DNA from: Nemertoderma westbladi | Taxonomy: Eukaryota > Animalia > Xenacoelomorpha | Direction of reading: 5' to 3' | Length of the DNA stretch: 64,000 bases | Assembly: GCA_032718475.1 (NCBI GenBank) | Contig: JAUCBJ010008829.1 | Location: forward strand, 102,464-166,463 | Shown here: piece by piece, positions 12,160-21,429 of the stretch | Layout: each line of letters begins with the position of its first letter | Position numbering within the stretch: position 1 is the stretch's first letter | Program-made: the position numbers and the translations under genes | The notes under the pieces: generated by a model | Databases searched by the model: none | The model's input: only the letters and a program-made list of their open reading frames with translations | Told to the model about the DNA's origin: nothing

Positions 12160-15100
12160 ACCTACCGGTACTGATATATTCCTTATTATACTGACCTGAG
12201 CCTACATCCAACTTCACAACAGCTACAAATGTCTTTAGTGCAATATTCTCGGCTGCAATATACACTAACACTAAGGATGCGTCCGTCCAATAAAATAATG
12301 TTAAGGTCGTGTCGAACTCCGCTATTATCTGCTTACTTACCTTGACCGAGACTACTGCCACCTGCAACTCTGCACGAGGGACAGTCATGTATTTGTTCTA
12401 CTAACGGTTGTTGTGTTATAGGCTGTAATTCGTCGTGTCTATCCTTTGGCTTGTCACCACCTGAAAACTCATAGGACATGGGTACTCGTGTATACCAACC
12501 TAATATAGTCCTATGGGCATGTGGTCCATTTACATGCGGTTCAGCTGGTCTCGTTTCCCATATCTGGTGTGTGATCAACTGTTCTGCACCAATCAACATA
12601 GAAACAATCCTATAACCTACCTGGTGTCTGGGTACTCTAAGCTTGTCAAAATACTCCTGTGCTATGGGACTCATCGGTGGCACCTTACCTAACTGCCTGC
12701 CGAACCCCTTCATAGCTAGACACTTAAATCCGTCCAATGGCAAAGCTCTTCGTTCTTGTTGAGTATGTTGGTCTCTTGGAAGTAAGGATTCTAATTCTAC
12801 CGAAATTATGTGTCCCTTGAGGTCCCCTACCCCGTGCATAGACTTCAACTCTATTTGGATCTCCTCGGCGTCCTGGAAGCTAGAAACAGCTCTCGCCACT
12901 TCCTCATCGATATAGGATAATGTGGACGCAGTGTCCAACATCACATATATTCTTTTCAATCCCTTATCCCCAGTAAGTTTCACCGGAATCACGCTAAATA
13001 TTTCCGACGTGGCCGATGATAAATACGTCCGCGCGCTTGTCGATGAACTATCCGCAGTGAAACCTTGGTAGGTCACTTCTCTTGCGCTCGACTCGCCATC
13101 CTCGTCCGACGAACCTGGTTGATAACCATCGTCCTGAATGCTGGTGTACATATTTCTCCTTATCGATACGGGTTCTCTGCTCCCCTTCCTTTGAGGATTT
13201 CGCTGTAAGTAACGGTCCGTTGGGGTGTGGAAATCCGCATGTAGCAACTTGTGATGTAGTCTGCCGCATTCCATGCATCCATCCTTGCTGTTTGGGCACT
13301 GCCGCCGTACATGGCCTGGCGCAAGACATGCCCAACAGGTGTCCAACGTCCGCACTTGAACTCTTCTATGTTCCGAATTTAATTCTTTGAACCGTCTGCA
13401 ACAATCTAACTTATGATCGTCAGATCTTACCTCCTTTAGCAAGCAGAATTGGCAACCTACAAATCCATCCGGCAACTCCTGTTGCTTTAACCTAGGTCTA
13501 TCTAACCGCTCACCTGGCCATACTCGCGAGTCTGATCTAAAGGCTGGGGTACTCGAATTATATCTGTCTACTGAGTTAAATGTCACAGTGGTCCTGTCAT
13601 TGTCAAAACTTACCATAGACTTACCGGTAACAGGTTTAGACTCCCTCATATTCTCCTCTGAGAAATTTGATTTCATCTCTGCTACTGCGTCTGTGGCTAT
13701 CATGTCATGAATGTGTTGAAGTGTCAACACTTTACCTTGGCTCTCCAACTTATTCTCTAATTTGTGCCATTTCTGTCTGTAACGCATATTTAAACGTCTT
13801 ATCACGCTCTTCAAAACTTCGGCGTGATCACCATGGTGAGGTAGATTCACCATCCTCAAGCTGCCCAATGCGTTCGAAATAGCGTTCGCTAAGTTCAACA
13901 GCTCTAACGGAGTTGTAATCCTTCTGCCCTTACCCAAGTCTTCCACTATCGACTGTGCCATCTTGGTTTTATTCCCATAGATGTTGCTAAGCGTCTTCAT
14001 TGCTAACTCGAATGCTCTTTCATTGCCGACGAAGTTGTCAGCAATTGCTCTAGGTTCTCGATGGAGCATTTGAAGCAAATAGTTGAATTTCTCGTTGGGA
14101 GTAAAGGTGCTGTTGGTCAGCTGTTTGTCGACATAGGTTTTGAACGTCCTCCAGTACTTATGGTTGCCCATAAACTTCTGGGGTTGTTGCGTCGGCAGTC
14201 CTTGCCTAGCGGCAAACTTACCTATGTCTCTAAGGGTTGCGTCGTTCCGGGTTAACAAATGGTTTAGTTCCGCAGGGTTATTAAGTCTGGTCCTTTCCCG
14301 GTGGTTAAACTTACCTGCTCTGCGTCCGTCCTTCTTTCTTTATAGTTTCGGGACTTCTGACGTCTCATGTCTTCTTCTTCATCGCTTGATTCAGTGTCAG
14401 TCCTTAGCGCTCGCGATGGTTTGCGCGCCGAAGCCCTGACCCAAGCATCCTGAATAAACCTTTCCGCCGAATTTTCGAAATTAGGATTATGTATAGTTGG
14501 GACAGATGCCCTTACCTGAGGTCTATGTGGTATAGTTGCCTCCGATATACGTACTCGTTGACTAGGTTGGACTTTATCTGACTCAGGCCTGCTAGGATTT
14601 GAATTACTTCTTACCTGGGCTGCTTCCTTTAACCATAGGTTGCTAAGCATGTCCGTTATAGGTTGGATGTGCGGCGATATAGCTTGCGCTAAACTAGCAC
14701 TTAACTCATCCCTCGTAATAAATTCCTGGCTAGGGTTCTGTTGTATAGTCGGCTCTATCTGAGTAATCCGCTGTCTCTCATATGATCCCTCTTTCGGTTT
14801 AACCCGTAAGTTATCCGTCAAACTGTGTCGGCGCTCCGTCCGCGTATTCCAAAAGCGCGGGTTCGGTTCGCCAAATACTCGTCCCGTTGGAGTTTCTCTA
14901 AACTCTTCGTTCTCGCGTTCGGTATGTAGTGGTGCGGTGTTCTGATGCCGTGGATTCTGCGCGATGGGTGGAGCACTAATACCAACTGGTGTGCGATATG
15001 TAGAGAACGGTTTAGCGATCCGAGTACTCGTAATAGCTGGACTGGGTATAGGAATTCCGGTCGTTGTCAACTCGCGTATAGTCGGAGTTCTCGCTTCCTG

Positions 15101-18024
15101 TTCGGCCTTCTGCAGTGCGAACAGTTCTCGCAACTCAGTCCCTACACTCGCCCCACATTCTTCGATCATTCGCATCCCCTTCTTGGAGATTTCATTCGCC
15201 TTCCTGGTCCATTCTTCACTCTCTAAATTTAATCTCGCACTTTCCAACTGCGCCAGTTTACGTTCTTCTTCTTCCCTCGCTCGTCTCGCTGCGCTCTCTT
15301 CTTCCACTCGCGCCTTATCTTCATACAACGCTTGTCGCTCTTTCTCGATCTCGAGTTCACGTTCCTTGCGTTCGCGTTCAAGTTCGAGTTCGCATTCCTT
15401 CTGTTCGCGTTCGAGCTGAAGTTCGCGTTCCTTCTGTTCGCGTTCAAGCTGGAGTTCGCATTCCTTGCGTTCGCGTTCAAGTCGGAGTTTGCGTTCCTTC
15501 TGTTTGCGTTCCGCTCGCTCACGCTTACCTTTATCTTCCAACTCTCGCAAATTCGTGTCTAACTTACGTGTGCGCTCCCGTTCCCGCTTGGCTTCCTTCC
15601 GTGCTTCCGATGCACGCAAAACTTCCGCCTGTTGTTCGTCCAGTCGGCGTCTTCTCCCCTCTGCCGAGTTGTGAGAAACAAGGGATCTAGCACATTCCCT
15701 CGCGCGTGACTAACCTGGGAATTGCCACTGCCTCTGGATGCGTCGTCGGGTGGAGTTAACGTTCTCTGTTGGATATTGTCTGTCGTCGGTAGCACCTGAC
15801 CCGGTACCACCACTCCACTCTGCATCAGCCAGCTGGTAACTTCCCGTTGATACCTGCGCTCCTCCTTATCCTGCATATCTTCTTGCTCCACTAAATTTCT
15901 CGACTCTGCGTCACTCACTTGAGTCGCCTGCGCTTGTGATGCCCATAGCAACCAGTTCTCCGTCCTAACTCGCCGAAATCGCTCAGATAACGCGTGGTGC
16001 TCTAGCAAGGCTGCTAAAACCCTGTCGTAAATCCTCGTCGCCACGTCGCTCGACTGAGACTCTACTGCCTTCGTTGCCAGGACTGCAAGCTCCTCTGTCT
16101 GCTAAAATAACGCTGAGTTGTATCTTCTTCTAATCTCTACTAACCCTTCTCTTCCAATGTTCGCTGAGTCGGCTAACATCTTCCTTACCTAGTCCGCCGT
16201 CCGGGTTATATGTCCGGCATGCGCGCGAAGTTTCTTCTTTATCGCGATATCAAGTTCTCTTTCGCTTACCTGACTCACACTTGGTGGACTTGAAGGATTA
16301 TTCCGGGAACTACGGGTACTCCTTACAGCCGCTGGGACCACAGCACTTACCATACCCACAGGTCTGGAAACCGGGCTCCGGGCTCTCGCTTTAGCTACAC
16401 TACCCTCCCTATCACTCACCTCTGGCCGGGTTGCTGTACAATCCTTCCTTACAGTAGCGGTAGGGGATCCTAATACTATTACCTCTGGTGGTTCTTCCTC
16501 ACTAGTTACTGTCTCGTCCTCCTGTTCACTTACGTCAGCGTAGCTCGCTGTGTCGTCATAGTCAGCATTGTCATCAACAGTAATATTAACGCTATCGTCA
16601 GTCGGCGGTCCTGCCGCCATATCATAGCTGTCCTCTAGTGCCTCCTTGTCTGAGACACTCAGTCTAAATAATATTTGCCTTCCGGCCAAAAAATCTCGCA
16701 AAATTCGAGATATATATAAAATTTAATCGAAATACGATTAAATTATTTGTCAAATAATTAGTTGTCCAAATGTCAAAATAAATTTGCATGCAATATTGTG
16801 AATTTAATAGGATACGGTTATAGCAAATACCAATACAATATTTAAACAAAAATATTATTCTTTAGCTATTATATAGCATTTAAATACTGGTATGACACAA
16901 AATAATTTTGAATCTAATACAAAATATTCAAAATGAACTTGCCACCCAAATATTTCTAATTTTGCATATATAGCTCTAATCAACGCAATTTTAATTACAA
17001 ATATTATATGTATCCACTAGAGCGTGGCTACATCTTTGGGCTGCGACTCTCTTTCTCTCTCTCTCTAACTCGAGCGATTCAAAAAACATGGTCGGCTAAA
17101 CCTAACTATCCTAACTAATAAATCGAGTTCAGCTTCGCAGTTAAACAACCGGTAATTTTTTACTGCTTCCACAAACACAATGGTGCCAACAGAACAACTA
17201 ACCTTGTTTGCTGTGAGATTCCACGTCCGCGTCCAAAGTTTCAGTCCTTTCGCTGATTGCAAAACAAACCCGCAGACCCACACAAACCCCAAACTCAGAA
17301 TCTCCGCCTTACCATGTATCTCCAGATGGTATAAAACAACTAAGCGGTTATCCAACATACCAGTGCAAAACTGTAGATTTTATTACAAAATTAATTTTTT
17401 GACCAAAACTGAATTCTCACAAACCTAGCTAAAATTTTCAAAAAACTAACTTACAGCTTGCCCTAACGGCCTAATGAACTGCTGTATTTGCGATTAGTAA
17501 ATGCACTACTGTACATCCACTGTACACAGTACAGTAAGTAAAATAGTACACTAACCTAACAGCCTAATGAATACTGTATGTAGTACAGCAAAACAAATGT
17601 CTTTTCTACCGTAAGCAGTACAGCAAAACCAAACGTGCCTTACTGTTACGAACAAACTACCCGGCCTAACCAATAAAGACACAAACTGCTCTATTTATTA
17701 AACAGGGCAATCAGGAGCGTATAATTGCTAATGTAGGGCTGCGGAGTACAAAAACCACTACTTACCGTTGGATGGCGCTAATCTGCCGTCCGCTAATATA
17801 TTTCCTAATTGTCTACGGCTCCTGCTAAATTCTCGTTCCTTTCTCTATCGATTACTCAATAGAGAGCTAACTGTTCGAATATATGAGCCAAACGGGAATA
17901 ACCAAAACAACAAACCCAAATCGGCTCCCTAAGCTTACTTAAAACGAGTGTGAGAGGCTCTACACTCCGAGTATATTCTTAAGGCCTAATTTGCTGTTAA
18001 AATGCGTTAACAATTATGTCTTTT
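12160..18024 (-). mobile_element. BEL/Pao element C, internally deleted and truncated at both ends
   Basis: Gag-protease remnants plus a 5' leader homologous to about 26960-27425 on the + strand. No LTR recognised. Confidence 0.8.
12222..16701 (-). pseudogene. gag: Element C gag-protease fused to an RNase H fragment (RT deleted); several stops and frameshifts
   Basis: Coiled-coil repeats (ELQLEREQKER), Pao gag core (KFMGNHKYW...EKFNYLLQML), knuckles CWACLAPGHVRRQC and CMECGRLHHKLLH, protease VMLDTAS. The sequence then jumps to MTVPRAEL...FYWTD near 12395. Confidence 0.85.
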
Positions 18025-18069
18025 CTAATCTAATCTAATCTAATCTAATCTAATCTAATCTAATCTAAT
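18025..18069. repeat. (CTAAT)9 microsatellite abutting the B2 LTR
   Basis: Nine perfect CTAAT units end at the base before TGTAAAAGC. Confidence 0.95.
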
Positions 18070-19340
18070 TGTAAAAGCTTCTGTGGGATATAACTAGTCC
18101 TTCGCTCCGCAATCCAGTTTTCCCCCGTGCGCTCAAATACTCTAAAACCTACTGTAAAAGCGTTTACGGATATAATCCGTTCCCTGGCCCGCAAAGTACC
18201 GTATAGGTGTTTTTAACGGACATAAAAGTAATTCTTCTGGATGTATACTTTAGCGGACATAGCAAGGTACAAAAACCCGCCATACGGCATTTTCTCTATC
18301 ACCATATCGTGGGAAGGATTCAGATTACGACATCTACCAGCTGACTACCAGCTGACGTGGAAGGGGCCATTGGACACATGGTTTCTTTGTTCCGCTTAAC
18401 AGCCAATCAGGGTGATGTTTACTTTTACCTGTGAAGACATTCTACGGATGTGGCGGATGTCAGTGTTGGTTTTATTCTAGGCCACAAGAACGGCTCTGGA
18501 ATCACTTGTTTTCAGACTTTATAAGAAACATTAGTAGGCTTAGATTATAGAGTGTATAACTGTTATCATACCATATCACAAGTCACACATATTAACAATC
18601 ATACCGGTCCAAATCATACCAATCATACGGGACATACTTATCATATCTTAACCTACCGTCTTACTGCTTTTACTGTTTGTAATTATTTGTGTCAGTTAGT
18701 TGGATGTTATTAGTTGAAGAATATCGAGAAATAACCCAAATTTCCCAATCTTCTTGATACACTACAGGTTAGAGAGACAGGTTACATAACGATTGCGACT
18801 TATATTATTGTGGTTTGTAATGAATCTAATGCTATTTGATAGCCACTACGAGTCAATTGCTGTTCTCTTTATGTGTGATCAAAGTCAGTAACTGTCGGCA
18901 AACCAGTGAGCAGTATTGTGCGGTACCGGTAGTGTGTATGATTGTGGTTGATAACTAAGCATTTCCTAAAGAATGCGTCTCATACGTGAATTCTAAGCCA
19001 TATCGTTGTGTTTAGTATAAGTCATAGCTTTGTTTACATAGATAGAGCGCCACGTCCTAAAGGAACTGCTAATATTTCCCGAAAGTGAATAATATTTGTC
19101 AGAGATTATATATTGGTGATCAATCGAATAATACATGTAGGCTTCACTGCAATAAATCTAAGCATACGAATCCAGTCTCCCGGGTGTAACCATCGGGTGA
19201 ATGAACGCGCACAGGCTGGCTTCGGCTAATGTTGTGTTTATTTTGTATTAAATCTTGTCATCTTATAAAGTCAATTTACCAACTAAAGACATATAAATTT
19301 TGGCAGGTTAAACTGCTAAAGGTCTCCAAAAGCGCGTACA
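18070..19340 (+). mobile_element. 5' LTR of B2
   Basis: TGTAAAAGC...GCGCGTACA termini, CCAAT box near 18400, homologous to three other LTR copies. Confidence 0.92.
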
Positions 19341-19351
19341 ATAACAGTTAT
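19341..19351 (+). promoter_or_regulatory. Non-tRNA primer-binding-site position in B2, complementary to LTR 18556-18566
   Basis: ATAACAGTTAT is the reverse complement of ATAACTGTTAT. No TGG follows the LTR. Confidence 0.75.
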
Positions 19352-19384
19352 TGATCTTATTGCAGTAAGCAATAAGGTTGCAAA

Positions 19385-19535
19385 GTACCGGTCGACCGGT
19401 AAACCGGTCGACTTCTGTAGGTCAGTAGGCCCAACTGCCAGAACCGGTACTGCTGTAGGTCCGTAGGTCCAACTGCCAGAACCGGTACTTCTGTAGGTCA
19501 GTAGGCCCAACTGTCATAACCGGTACTGCTGTATA
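19385..19535 (+). repeat. 38-bp tandem repeat (about 3.5 units) in the B leader; also at about 31350-31505
   Basis: Unit ACCGGTACTKCTGTAGGTCMGTAGGYCCAACTGCCAGA. Confidence 0.9.
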
Positions 19536-19699
19536 AGTACATTAGTATTATTCGATTTTGATTATTGTATACCGGTAGGTCTTGGTACTTAATCAGGGAA
19601 TGGCCGCCCTGGTTTTTTTTATTGAGATTTTACTTATTTCTGTCAGTTCTTATTTGCATGTAAGTTAATATTGAGCAGAAGACGTGTAAGTCTGCTCAG

Positions 19700-20260
19700 A
19701 TTGTTCAGATCATTGTAGGCTGGACTGTTGTCTGACTGTTGTTAGGCTTGAAGATTACAGCGTGTGTAGAGTTGGTCTGATAAAGTGCCAGTTAGTAAGT
19801 TGGGGCAACTCGTAGTTGTAAGGTCAACCCCCTTCTAAAGAATAAGTCGTACTACCGTGTTAGCACGCATACTAACTAACAATTTCGGAATCTGCATATA
19901 CTGTAGTTTATTTAGGCTTGATAGTAGTCCGTCAGCGTTTATCCTGTATTGTTTGTATAGTCTGTTCAGGTACCGTAATATTATTCAGATATTTTGTAGG
20001 CTGGATTGTTGTCTGGCTGTTGTTGGGTCTGAAGGAATTGCTGCGTGTGTAGAGTAAGTCTGATAAAGTGCCAGTTAGTAAGTTGGGGCAACTCGTAGTT
20101 GTAAGGTCAACCCCCTTCTAAAGAATAAGTCGTACTACCGTGTTAGCACGCATACTAACTAACAGTTTCGGAATCTGCACATACGGTAGTTTGTTTAGGC
20201 TTGATAGTAGTCTGCCAGCATTTGGTTTGTATTTTATTTGAGTATTCTGTACGGGTAGCG
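19700..20260 (+). repeat. About 282-bp tandem duplication in the B leader; also at about 31670-32250
   Basis: GATAAAGTGCCAGTTAGTAAGTTGGGGC...CATACTAACTAAC occurs twice per element. Confidence 0.9.
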
Positions 20261-21429
20261 TAATATTTATTATTCAGAGTTTATGCGATTACTCGCAACA
20301 TTCATGTCCCCAAGTTTATCCCTACAGTAATTGTGTTTGTTATACATACCGTTATAGTTAAATTAACCCCGGTACTACACGGGCTGCTTGGTGTAGGTAA
20401 AGACTGGTGACTTTGTGCCCCGGTCACTCCAGCAGATGCTGTGGTTCTTTTAACTGTTCAAGTATATTTAACTGCTGGTTATCTGTTTTTACAAGTACTT
20501 GTACCTAATTTAGGGTTTAGTGTACTAGTTGCTTTCCGAAAGTAATTAGTGTAGGCATTATATTTGTGTTGTAAAGTGGTTGATAGGCACGTTCGTTAGC
20601 TCTATTAACTTCTAGGTAGGAACACTCCGTGATACATAACGTAGTACCTATAGCGATACGGCTGTAGGTCGTCAAGCGGTGGTATTTTTCTATCTGGACA
20701 ATGCAGTATATTTACTTCTGCTTATTATTTTCAAATACCGTAGTATCCTATCCGTTGTAATAACCAGAAGTTCTAACCCTTTGTTAGACTGGTTCGTAGT
20801 TTCCCTGTTAAATTGCCCTAAAAATTCGTACGTATAGTTTTTTCGTGTGTTTATTAGAGATTGTAATCTCACCTATATTGTACGTAATTCGTAGATAAGT
20901 AACGTAGGCCAGTAGAATTATTCGTTTTAGTGTCCAATAAGTAGCACTCTCACTGAGAGCGCACAGCTTCTGTGTAGTGATTATTTCCCAGAAATAGTAA
21001 CATCTATTTCAATATTGTAACAAAACCCCTCATACGGGTACATATAAATCCACTAAATCTATTAATAAAATAGTAGGCCTGTCATACAACAATTAGGTCT
21101 CAATATCAGTTGGACTTACTGCTTGAATAACGGTAATAGTGTAAACTAAAGTAACTAAGTAAACCTATAATTTCAGAAATTTAATTATTCTAAATAATTG
21201 ATATACCGGTACCTATAATAGGCTTATTATATATTTGTATATATTTGCACTGAAATTATATACCGGTATTCTGTGACAAACCTAGTCTGCAATACTTATA
21301 TACTATAAGTGTATACCGGTATTCTAATATATTGTAATTAATTACCGGTACTAGGCCTACAGTCATACTGAATTACTAGACTTGCTTTAACTGTAATATA
21401 GCAGTAGGCATTCAACTGTACAAACAAAC

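Noticed and set aside
14945-15690. Multiple overlapping plus-strand ORFs (similar antisense ORFs at 21987-22460 and 34604-34962)
   Set aside because: They are shadows of repetitive coiled-coil gag sequence on the opposite strand.
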